A stretch of DNA of 64,000 bases, taken from Nemertoderma westbladi. Its lineage: Eukaryota > Animalia > Xenacoelomorpha. Positions within the stretch are counted from its first letter, which is position 1. The number at the start of each line of letters is the position of its first letter. Shown here one piece after another: positions 35,540 to 47,549 of the stretch. The notes beneath the pieces are model-generated. The model made no database searches and was not told where the DNA came from. It worked only from the letters and a program-made list of their open reading frames with translations. The stretch is from NCBI GenBank assembly GCA_032718475.1, contig JAUCBJ010006637.1, positions 62,001 to 126,000 on the forward strand. Reading direction: 5' to 3'. The position numbers and the translations under genes are program-made.

Positions 35540-38500
35540 TTAACTCCCAGCACTGAGTATATCTGATCTAAGTTGAGGTGTCTCGAGTGCGGATTGTCTC
35601 AACCTCGTAACACATTCCATATACTCCGCGTATAAATGGCTACAATTCAATGAGTCCGTTAGATGTAGATCGAGGCATTTCTCGATTGAGTTTTTAATGT
35701 CGATGCAAACAGGTTTATATTCGATGGAACTGAAAAATAAAACAATTATATTATATATAAGAAATCGAAAAGTAATTAATTGTGGAATAAAAAAATGTAT
35801 CGAAAACAGTTTCATTATTTTATTACTCTGCAAAATTAGGGAGACCCTAAGGGGAGGCCTACCTACTGTGTTAGCTGTATTATATTATACATTTGGTATA
35901 GTAACAAGTTATGGATGGCAAGTAATTAATTGGTTGCCGATTGAGGATGTGAGATAATAAATTTCTAAAAATTAAGTGATTGAAGTAGAAGAGTGAAATA
36001 ACCTGAAGTAAGGAGGACTGCGATCGAGCGAGTGGAGGAAATAAAAGGGATAGTCTCCGATCGAATCTCATTGATTTATTTAGTTGGGAAATATGATTCT
36101 AATTATAAATTCTAATAATATAATATAATTCTACACACCACAGAGCATTGGGTCAGCTAATTACAGTGAATGTTCTAGACGTCTTTGTTAACCTCGCAAT
36201 GTACAAATTTCGGAATCGCGAAACTTTTAAGGGAATAAATATATCGCATTTACAAACCAATAAGTTTGCCATCCCCAACTTGTTACTATAGAAATGTACA
36301 GCTAACACAGTCATTAGGTAGTAGGACTACATTATTTTAATATTCAATACATATTGAATTTCTCCCCTCCTTATTAATTATTATATTTAGCCTTATAATG
36401 TTAGAAATTAATAGAGAATTGAGATGCTGTACTTATAAACTAATTAATACAACTTTAGTGTCTGGAGCGTCTAACTTCTATACATTGATCTGGGGTCGTT
36501 CACTAACCTTATCATTGAGTCAACCTTCTCTACATTCCATCTGAGATTGCTCTGAGCCATGGCTTTATGTAAACGACTTCTACGTTCCATTGCCTCGGCA
36601 TATTGCTGCCACACCTCGCTGTGCTCTTTAACCTATACATAGAAATAAAGCCTTATAATGTCCTTCTCATCCTCTATAAAATCTACTCCCGATTACCGGG
36701 AAATGGATTATCAATTTAACATAATTATTTATTTAAGTATTGAGCTTGTAACGAACTAATTAATTACCTTCGTGGCACACATTCACACTACTGTAACATC
36801 CTACCTGGTCCAGAAACAGTACCAAGTCCATTGATCAAGAAAACTTGCCACCTCCATGCAGCATAAAGGAGGTGCCACCTGTAGCTGCATAGACCCTCTT
36901 ACTAGGGCAAATCTGGTCCTGTAACTAGGAACCCCTTCGTTCTGGGATAGTGACACCCTTGGTCCTGGATTACGGACCCATATACTTGGCTGCAGAGGTA
37001 TATGGCCTGACCAGGCAGATGGTGATCTACCAATGGCTGGTCAGGAGTAGAGTGTTCTCATGTCCACTCTGAGTGCACTTCACTGCGACCTGCACCTGGC
37101 AGCAGGGGTATAGGGAATGACCCAGCAGATGAGCTGCACAGCCAATGGTGGGTCATGTGCGTCAGAGTAGATATGGCTGATGGGCCTCATATCTGACTCC
37201 ATTGCAACACCCACCCTGTGGAATGGCAAACCAGGGTGTGGTATTTGCCCCGTGAGCTGACTCGGCAAAAAAGCACCCCCCAACCCCCACTATGGATTAC
37301 ATTAGTAATGCGGAGGTCCGGCCACTAGAATTACCGGACACAATCGGCCTCACAGGCGTCAGTTAACTCCTGACCGTCTCACCCGCAACTGGAGAGAGAG
37401 CGGCCAACAATTCTGTGAATGCCTTTCCTGATGACCTTTCTGGCCCAAACCCTGGGACACCAGGGAGGCCAGATTGTGAGGGGGAGAGGGATTCTGGAGT
37501 TGGAGGCTACTCTCATGTTCCACCACGACCAACAAAGCCATTGGTGAAGTCACAAGTCACAAGACTAGCCTCAGTAAACACCCTAACACTCGGGTCCCCA
37601 ATGCGACAAGGTGAACTGACTGCCTTGGCAGATAAGCTTTCTCTTAGCGCAGTGGGTATTCAAGAGCACCGAATGCAGACTGGACAGACTGATGAGGTTC
37701 TGATTAAGGACATGGGGGGCGGTTGGCGACTCGCCCTCGCATCAGCAGATGATAGTGGCAATGGTAGAATTGGTCTATTGATGAATCCAACTGCACATGC
37801 AGCATTGGACAAAATAGACCAAATCTCCAACCGCATCATCAAAACAAATAAGTTGGTGCCAGTTCCCAAGAAGGGCAACCTAACACTCTATGGTTCTTTT
37901 CGGGGAATCTCATTGATCTCGATTGCTGCAAAGCTATACAATAGAATTCTATTAAATCGCATCAGGGATCCCATTGAGAGACTGCTCCGTGGAAATCAGA
38001 ATGGGTTCCGTAAAGGTCGGGGGACCATGGAGCCCATTTTGGCACTTAGACGGATAATTGAAGAGTTATCAAAAAAGAAAGGCAGGCATCTGCTGTTATC
38101 TTTGTTGACTTCTTCAAGGCCTTTGATTCAGTCTCTCGCTCACGTATGTTCAGCATACTTTCATTATATGGGATTCCTGATGAAATTATTGCAGCAATCA
38201 GACCAGTATACGATGGTTCGACAACATTTGTGTCTACTGTTGACGGTGACACAGAACCATTTGAAGTGTTATGGGGCGTCCTGATGGGAGACACACTTGC
38301 ACCATTCTTGTTCATAATTGTGGTTGACTATGTTCTACGCATGTCCTTCTAGATCATCATAATGATGATGGGGTGATGATAACTCCACCTACTGGCTCCA
38401 GAAGTCGAGGAAATCCTGCCAAGTACCTAACTGATCTAGACTTTGCTGATGACTTAGGAGTACTCTCAGAATCACTAGAGGGAGCCCAACTCAACGGCTC

Positions 38501-41500
38501 CTCAGCTCATTAGAACAGGCTGCTTCTAGTTTTTTTTTATTAACTCCAAAAAGACAAAAATGTTGACGGTTAACTTTGAAAGTCCTCAGCAAGTCTCTCA
38601 CCGGATGAGCATAAGCTCAAAGGATGGTATGCTTGAGCATGTGGACGACTTCTGTTACCTGGTATCATGGATCCGGAAGTCAGGTGAGGACTTTCGCATA
38701 CATAAGGGAAAGGCAAGGGTAGCATTGAATAGGCTTTCCAGGATTTGGACACATCGAATTCATCGGAAACTTAAGGTACGATTATTTAGAGCAGCAGTAG
38801 TTCCAGTACTCCTATATGGGAGTCAATGCTGGGCTCTAACTGCTGAGGACACCAAATCTCTGGATGGCACATTCACAAGAATGCTACGCCGGGTTCATTG
38901 TGTCAAGTACAATGCACACATCTCCAACCAGACACTATATAACATTGGAGGTGTCTCATTGGTTCCCCCAAGCTTGACACTAGAACAAAATCGCCTCCGC
39001 TTTGCAGGACATTGCTTTCGCCGTGAGGACCAGCCAGTGCATAATCTTGTACTTTGGCAGCCTCATGGAGTGAATAAGCATGGTGGACAGCCCATGACTT
39101 TCTTGAGACGCATCTTAAAGGACACTGGCCTTGAAGATGCGGATGATCTAGCAAATGTCATGGGCGATAGGGAGTTGTGGCGGCGAAATTTTGTCGACAA
39201 GTCGGCACAGCATTCTTAATATATATATGATATATATATATAATGCAGCTGCAATGCAGCATGCCGATCGTAGTAATAGTAGTAGTAGTAACAGCCTACC
39301 TTAGTGGCAGTGGAATTACGTTCATCCTGGCGTCCACGCCAGTAAGCCAGAGACCCTGGGTTAGGGTAATCCATAGCGTCCGTATCCTTATCGGGGGGAA
39401 ACAATGGACATTCTAGAATAAAAAAATAACAGTTTAATAATATGTAGAGCGCATAATGTGCATAAATAATACAGCAAAGCAAAGTCGGTTGCTATGATAC
39501 GGCTGAGCAAAAGGAAAACGATTTATATATAATGAAAAGTGGCGTTTAGCAGATAATTCTGTACCCGACATCATAATGCCCACAATTTTCAAAACCAACT
39601 TCTGGCAACTGCATTTTAAATATAAAGGCTTAATTTTATTTAAAATCAGTATAAGCAAAGGTGTGCGCACTACTATACCGAGCAATAATGGTTTCGGTCT
39701 GCCAAAACACCAGTTAAAATAACATTTAGTAGATTGTTTAAATGAATGGTGGAAAAATTGTCACAATTACTAGTTCATGTATATTTCTATTAACTTAAAT
39801 TAATAGAAGAGATTAAAAGAACGACAGACATCTGGCTGTTATCTTTTTTTGACTTCTGTATGGACTTCCGGGTCCAGAAGTCGCGGAAATCCATCCAAAC
39901 ATCTAACATATCTAGACTTTGCTGATGACTTAGGAGTACTCTCATAATATGGGAGTTCAACTTCATCAGCTCATTAGAACAGGCTACTTCTATTGTTGGT
40001 CTTTTTGTTAACTCCAAGAAGACAACAATTTTGACAGTTATGACTTATGAGCATAAGCTCTAAGGATGGTTTGCTTGAGCATGTGAACGACTTCTGCTAC
40101 CAGGGATCATGGATCCAGAGGTGAGGAGGTCTTTGAATACGTAACGGGAAGTCCTGGGCCGCATTGAATGGGGTTTCCAGGATTTGGAAGTCACACAGAA
40201 TACATCGTAAACATAAAGTACGATTATTTAGAGCAGCAGCAGTTCCACTACTCCTCTATTTGATTCCATGCTGGGCTTAACTGTTGAGGACACGAAATCT
40301 CTGTATGGCACTTACTGCATACAAGAAAGCTATGCCGGGTTCACTGTATCAAGTATAAAGCACACATCTCCAACCAGACACTATAACACTGGAGGTGTCT
40401 CATTGGAGACTTGAACAAAGCTGTCACCGCTTAGCAGGGCAAGTCCAATCATAACTGGGTACAATCTTGTTGTTTGTGTAGCCTCATGGAGAAAATAAAC
40501 AAGGTGGACATTCCCGAAAATGGGGAGGTAGAGTAAAACGTCTGTCCTTATCTGATCTGACATCATCTGAACCTATAACCAATCAGGAGAAACAGATATA
40601 ATATTGTATAAGGTACTGTTAATTAGGTACAGTAAATAGCCAATAGGGGATCAGGTTGCTAGGCTACGTATCAGTATCATCATATGACATACAGCAGTAC
40701 AGGCATACCGGTATGCAGCCAATGCACCAAGGCATTGGTATTATATATTAAAAATGCGATATAGGATGAAGGATGGCGGGTATTTTTGTATATCTTTCTT
40801 GTTAATATTTATCTTTATTAATAGTTGAAAGTTAATTATATTAATTATAATTAATATTATTAAATAATGATACTTATTAGTATATTACAGATTTGTTTTA
40901 AAAATTAAACATCCATACTGTATTAATATATTACTACTACTACTAGGTCGAGCGAACTCGGACATCGGATCAGAATCTCTGTACTGCCGAATATGGCGCA
41001 ACACTTATGCCGCATATTGCCCTGATTGCCAGTTGATACAGCGAAGTTTATACCCAGACGACGGGAAAATGGGAATGTAGGAAGGTGGATGGGAATGGGG
41101 AATCAATAAACGCTGCTGTTACCTTCCAATTGAAGGAAAGGAGCAGGTTACAGCGGCGGCATGCCGATACTAGTAGTAGTACAGCGGCGGCAATTTCTAA
41201 CCAAAACAATAAAGTTGTTACCTACAAACTGAGGGAAAGGACCTGCTCCTTTCCCTCAATTTGTAGGTAACAATTTTATTGTTTACAGGGTCTAGGATTT
41301 TCTAACTAAAACAATAATCGATGTTGTTACCAATTTAGGGAATAAAGCAGATTACAGAATCTAGCTTTTCTAACCAAACAATAAACTATGTTGTTGTTAC
41401 CTACCTCATAACCAAAACAATAAACGTGTGTTGAGTAGGTTACATCTGTACATGGTTTCGCTTTTCTAACCAAAACAATATAAGTTGTTGTTACCTATGA

Positions 41501-44500
41501 ATGGACGGAGATGGAGCAGGTTACAGGGGCGGGCTTTTCTAACCAAAACAATAAACGATTTTGTTACCTGCAAATTGAGGAAATAGAGAATGTTAGCCTA
41601 CCGAGGCTGTCTTTTCCAATTCTAACCAAAACACAAAGCAACCATCCGGCCACATTCACATCCACCCACCTTCCCGCCCACCATCTCATCTTCCCACATT
41701 CACATCCACTCACCTTCCCACCCACCATCTCATCTTCCCACATTCACATCCACTCACCTTCCCACCCACCATCTCATCTTCCCACATTCACATTCACATC
41801 CACCCACCATCTCATCTTCCCACATTCACATCCACTCACCTTCCCACCCACCATCTCATCTTCCCACATTCACATTCACATCCACCCACCATCTCAACTT
41901 CCCACATTCACATCCACCCACCTTCCCGCCCACCATCTCATCTTCCCACATTCACATCCACCCACCTTCCCGCCCACCATCTCAACTTCCCACATTCACA
42001 TCCACCCACCTTCCCGCCCACCATCCCATCTTCCCACATCCACCTTCCCACCCACCATCTCATCTTCCCACATTCACATCCACCCACATTCCCGCCCACC
42101 ATCTCATCTTCCCACATTCACATCCACTCACCTTCCCGCCCACCATCTCATCTTCCCACATTTACATCCACCCACCTTCCCGCCCACCATCTCATCTTCC
42201 CACATTCACATCCACCCACCTTCCCGCCCACCACCTCAACTTCCCACATTCACATCCACCCACCTTCCCGCCCACCATCCCATCTTCCCACATTCACATT
42301 CACATCCACCCACCATCTCATCTTCCCACATTCACATCCACCCACCTTCCCGCCCACCATCTCAACTTCCCACATTCACATCCACTCACCTTCCCACCCA
42401 CCATCTCATCTTCCCACATTCACATTCACATCCACCCACCATCTCATCTTCCCACATTCACATCCACCCACCTTCCCGCCCACCATCTCATCTTCCCACA
42501 TTCACATTCACATCCACCCACCATCTCATCTTCCCACATTCACATCCACCCACCTTCCCGCCCACCATCTCATCTTCCCACATTCACATCCATCAACCCA
42601 CCATCCCACTCACCTTCCCACCCACCATCTCATCTTCCCACATTCACACACCTTCCCGCCCACCATCTCATCTTCCCACATTCCCATCCACCCACCTTCC
42701 CACCCACCATCTCATCTTCCCACATTCACATCCACCCACCTTCTCACCCACCATCTCATCTTCCCACAGTCCCATCCACCCACCTTCCCACCCACCATCT
42801 CATCTTCCCACATTCACATCCACCCACCTCCACCCACCATCTCATCTTCCCACAGTCCCATCCACATCCACCTTCCCACCCACCATCTCATCTTCCCACA
42901 TTCCCATCCACCCACATTCGTACCTTGTCCATATAACTGTATAAGTATAAACTAATAGTATAAACCACTACACTAAGGGGAACAAGTGTTAGATAACGAT
43001 TAGATCAGATCAGATAAGGACAGACGTTTTAGGGTGGCGTTTTAGTTTTATGGGTGTATTAGTTGTTATAGTGATGGAATGAAGCGGAATGCCCTAGCCA
43101 TTGACTTTGGTGAATGTCTCTAAATACTAAATTTTGAATATATCAATGTTTGAATTTCAAATTGTAGACCTACAGTCAAATTTAATACCGGTACCGACAT
43201 TTGCAGTAGGAGGTTATTTGAGTTTGGATATGTAGATGATATTTCAAGTATTGCATAGCTTGTGTCGCACATCCCGATTAATTAGGCCATGTCCAGTACC
43301 AGGTCTACCTACCCCTTGACGTCTCTATCTACAATTACCTGAAACTTAAAAGTTTGCTATACTAACGTTCACGGATTACTATTTTTTCCGGAGGAGCTTC
43401 CAACGTAATATCTTCCCCTTTTGTTTGGCTTTGCTTTTCATCTGCTTTAGGTTTAGCTACTTCAGGTACCGGTGATTTTGTTTCCGATATTATTTTGGGT
43501 TCCGGAATTGACGATTCCGGTATTATTGCGGGTTCAGGAATTTTTTGTTCAGGAACTTTTGGTTCCCGAACTATTGAGGCTGGAATAGTTGGTTGTTTGG
43601 TTTCTTGTAATTTTGGTTCTGATAATTTTGGTTCTGGTATTTTTGTTTCTGGTATTTTTTGTTCAGAGTTTTCGATTACTGATGGAGGTACCGGTAATAC
43701 AGTTGGCCGAGTTTGTGATGATTTTAGTTTATCCAATGAATCTTCTTTAGGTTCTTCTGTTTTGCTTTCAAGGGGTATCTGGGCCTGGGGTTTGGGTTGG
43801 CCTTCTAAATGTTTCTGGTTAACCTAAGAAAACAAACGGCACCGACGATAAACAAATGAAAATTTTGATGTTATGATATTATTACTTGTTGAGAGGACGT
43901 TGGCATGGACTGTGACTGTAGTACTAAATATTTGAAAATTATACCGATAAAGACAGTAATTTATTAGCCCTACCACCCTACCCCTCTCTGCCTCTTCTCT
44001 ACCACGCACTCTATTTCGAATTTTTCCAATTGGTTATTTTGGTTAGGCTTAACTAACTGTAATGTCATGTACAGATGTAATGTAATGATATGTAATGTAA
44101 TATGTATAGATGTAATGTCCCCAGTGAAATTAAATCCGTGTGATGGCAATGTCTGTCTACATTACTGACATAAGTATATCAACAACGTACAAGTATTTGA
44201 TTTGGTTTTTTTCACGTCAACAACAAATTATATGCACTAAACAGATAAAATCGCAATGTAAAGCGAAACAACGATGAGAAACAACAATGAATATTATATA
44301 ACTATGCATATAAGTGTACTGTACATACCTATATGGCACGGTAACATGAGAAATGTTGCACAATTGCATTAGTTTAAAACAATGGGTCTCAACATCACAA
44401 GCATAGGTAAAATATAATTAATGTATTGTACAGTATAAACAAGAAGGATATCGTATGTAGTGAATATAAATGTAAATATGTACCGGTAGGCTATGTAAAT

Positions 44501-45230
44501 ATGAGTGTAAATATAATTAATGTAACGTACTGTAAAAACAAGAAGGATAGCGATAGCGTATGTAGTGACGTGTGGATGGCCTCATGAGGTTTCACATCGT
44601 TTCCATGAGGGTCCAGACGGAGTTCTAAAGTTCCTGTCTGCCTGTATTGATGGTTTCAACTTAAGGGTTGACCATGACCATAAAAAGCTGGAAAGTTTGA
44701 AAGTGTGGTTCCCTTTCAATATAATATAAATACAGTCTTCCATGTTCTGATATTCCATGTCTGTCAGACGGTCTGACGGTAGGGTACGCAATAATATCAA
44801 TGAAACGGTCGACTTAGCCTAGCGTCACTCGGTGGCGCCGCAGAATATTACACTACTAGGCTACCTATTACAGTTAGTTTCCTGGTTTCAGAGTATCGGA
44901 ATACGGTGTACGGTACTGGCAGACTGCAATAAAGTGTGAAAAAAAGAACGACAGATACTGTACCAGTGTACGGTAGGACTACAAATAACATAAATCCGGA
45001 TATACCGAGCATTAACTACTGAACTAAGCCTGGAATGGAATTGTGGAAATGACTAACACAGTAACCTAACAGTCAACTAGGCCTAGAGAACTAGTTATGC
45101 CTACAGACTTCAGTACTTATTGACTTACATTGGCATCTTTGGAGAACGTCAACCATGATCTACCATCTGGAGTTATTTCATGGCTGATATTCGTGTTGAT
45201 CTTGTGAGCTGTCGATTGTTGAGCACCCAT
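35540..45230 (-). CDS. CHCHD3: MICOS subunit MIC19/MIC25-like protein, 328 aa; exons 45129-45230, 43367-43823, 39300-39412, 36508-36632, 35540-35729
   Basis: N-myristoylation start MGAQQST; helical segment (EVWQQYAEAMERRSRLHKAM); C-terminal twin CX9C CHCH domain PVCIDIKNSIEKC..LNCSHLYAEYMECV; GT-AG introns, phases 0/1/0/2 sum to 987 nt. Confidence 0.85.
36807..39287 (+). mobile_element. Near full-length, internally deleted and frameshifted RTE-like LINE in MIC19 intron 3 (antisense to gene)
   Basis: APE motifs (VNTL, GIQEHR), RT motifs (LVPVPKKG, RGISL, QNGFRKGR, GDTLAPFLF, DLDFADD, FCYL); endonuclease joined directly to RT at ~37840; (TAG)n tail; TSD GTAACA(T/G)CCTACCT at 36793-36806 and 39288-39301. 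Confidence 0.93.
39910..40510 (+). mobile_element. Degenerate RT fragment of the same RTE-like LINE
   Basis: TCTAGACTTTGCTGATGACTTAGGAGTACTCTCA and ACACATCTCCAACCAGACACTAT match 38435-38940 with stops and indels. Confidence 0.88.
40534..43031. mobile_element. Probable TIR element enclosing two repeat tracts
   Basis: 27-bp inverted repeat TAAAACGTCTGTCCTTATCTGATCTGA (40534-40560) / TCAGATCAGATAAGGACAGACGTTTTA (43005-43031); degenerate TTCTAACCAAAACAATAAA units at 41190-41640; no TSD found. Confidence 0.5.
41651..42918. repeat. C-rich ~44-bp minisatellite, almost G-free on the + strand
   Basis: CACATTCACATCCACCCACCTTCCCGCCCACCATCTCATCTTCC units. Confidence 0.97.
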
Positions 45231-45829
45231 CACTGATCACAGCATCACCGCTTACTAAACACTAAAACCATTCATTACGAGATTCCAGCATTCAGGCCTA
45301 CATTTAACTAGGTTACTGCAACCGCTGTACCGTACCGTAATTATATAGCAGTATACAGTGTACAACAGGTATAGGGCCTATGCCAGTCAGTCAGTATGGA
45401 TGCAGTTGCCGTATGCTGGTCCTGGCTGCGTGGTCAGCTGGTATGTCGTATATCTGTATGTGTGTGTGTATTCTGGCTGTCCGGTATAGTGCCAGAGTAC
45501 TGGCTGTCTGGCTGGAGTAGATCATACCTGTCTGCCTGTCAATAGCGTTCATCTGATCTGATCAGCAGGATCATATATTATTCTGAAATCATTAGCCAAG
45601 GCCATCTAAACAACATGGCATGACAAGGACCTAGCCTGCAAAATTATCGTAGGCTGACTGCGGAATTATCAAATATTATATTTTCCACGAATGCGGAATG
45701 GAGGGTCCATATTTAAAAGAAGATAACTAGATTTTCGTAAAGAATTTAATTGAAACAGTATTTAATAATTAATTATCGCTCGAGTTCCTGCAGCTTTTGT
45801 TTGTTTGTGGCTGCCTCTGGCTATGTTTG

Positions 45830-46200
45830 TGGCAGGAATGTTTGAACGCTAATAAGTCAGTCAATCATGGATGAAATGGAACCAAACTTGGTACACATGT
45901 AGTCTATCAAAAATTTAGAAATTCTACACACAGACAGACTTATACAGTTCCTCTGTCTGCCGAAAGGGGGGCGAATTTACAGAAACGTAAGAATAGCAGT
46001 ACTTATAGAACCAACCATCAGATCATCTGAAATTTGGTAGTAGTACAGTAGCCTACGAACATTGCTTAATTAGAAATTCTACACAGACAACTTTTAAAGG
46101 CTCCGCTGTCTGCCGCTAGGGGGCGAATTAACAGAAACGTAAAATTAGCTGTAATTATAGAACCAACCATCAGATTAATCTCAAATTAGGTAGTACAGTA
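45830..46200. repeat. Dispersed ~155-bp repeat (2 tandem units) with CCGCTAGGGGGCGAA core; related copies at ~17240, ~17610-17755 (reverse) and ~51015-51075
   Basis: AAATTCTACAC..AGAC...CTGTCTGCCG(CT/AA)AGGGGGCGAATT.ACAGAAAC repeated; AAACTTGGTACAC / AAATTTGGT motifs. Confidence 0.7.
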
Positions 46201-46268
46201 GTAGTAACCTATAGGCCTACGAGATATAATCCTATATATATGATTATATATATCCTATATATAACCTA

Positions 46269-47527
46269 CAGTCCCTATCTCATTCTAGATACCGTTTCTC
46301 AAACTGGGTACCTTTTCTCTTACCTCACTCTTACTAACTCAAACCTGTCTGGTTTTCTCAAACCCAACTCAAACTCGCGTAACCACCCACTGTGCACTGT
46401 GTAGCATTCATACAACAAGCTGTCTGTGTTTAATGGTCCACTCGCTTCTGTTATACTCTGCCTACGGGTTTGATGGTCTTCTGCTGTTATAACATTCCCT
46501 AAACTTGATTTGTTTGTGTGTAATTAACTCCAGTAGACAGTGAGAATTAAGTTGCAGACTCAGTGACTCAATTTATTTTTAAATTTCAGAATAAAAAAAT
46601 TATATGCTAAATTATTAAACTGAAGATTTATTAATTTTTTATTACATTTATTAAGTATGTATGACTCATAACATATTAACGTTATTTTACATTAAAATAT
46701 AACCATATAATATAACCAACCAATTTTATAAATTTAATTTAATGTCGCGTATATTTCGCTAATGTTTCTAATGTTTAACTTTAATGTTTAACTAATGTTT
46801 TACTAATGTTTAATTCTCTATTACATCGTCAACACAATTATTCGCAATATATCCGGGTGTGGGCATACCGGGCAAAGGGGCCAGAGGAAACCTCTGTAAT
46901 TATAGACAGGCTCATATTTATGGGAGGGGGGTGGGTGGGGGGGGGGGGGTGTGTGTTGCGAGGTCCCATATGCACTATAATAATTCTTAATTAACAATTA
47001 GATTTTTAAACTAATATGTCTTGTAAGGCACCAATTGACATCAAACAGACAGACAACAGAGCACAAATTTCCCACAACAATATTCCCAGAATTAAAACTA
47101 TCTCTACAAACAGACCGAGCCAGTGTGGTTTAGTTAACAACATACATTTAGTAAAGCCCACAAAGGAACTGTGTGATTGACATGTCTTTTATGAGACACA
47201 CGCAAGCCGGCCTGCCCAGCTTATGTAACTCAAGAGCCCAAGCAACAGACAGAGGCCCCTTCCCCATGTGGTGCCTCACTCAAACAGAGTAATTATCCAT
47301 CCCGTACAGGAAGAGTAATGCTGAGTATGGCACAGTTGGAGGTCAACCTAACTCAAAACATGGCGCCAGACTCTAGTTTGAGTTAGATTGAGCTGGCTGC
47401 ATCTTTCTGATTTCTCAACTCTTACCCCAGTCTTACCTACTGAAATTCTCCGTTGACTATCATTAGTAAAAGGTTTGAGAAATGATACCCAGTTTGAGAA
47501 ATAATATTCAGAATGAGATAGGGACTG
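46269..47527. mobile_element. Non-autonomous Tc1/mariner/pogo-type element, TA TSD
   Basis: TA|CAGTCCCTATCTCATTCT..TTTCTCAAACTGGGTA and TACCCAGTTTGAGAAA..AGAATGAGATAGGGACTG|TA. Confidence 0.85.
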
Positions 47528-47549
47528 TATATCAGCTGTTCGTACTTAA

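Noticed and set aside
36004-36071. Possible extra MIC19 exon ending CAG|GTTATT
   Set aside because: Exons 4 and 5 already join in phase; weak acceptor and no family similarity.
41511-42944. 477-aa His/Pro-rich ORF
   Set aside because: G-poor repeat rarely forms stops; antisense within a MIC19 intron.
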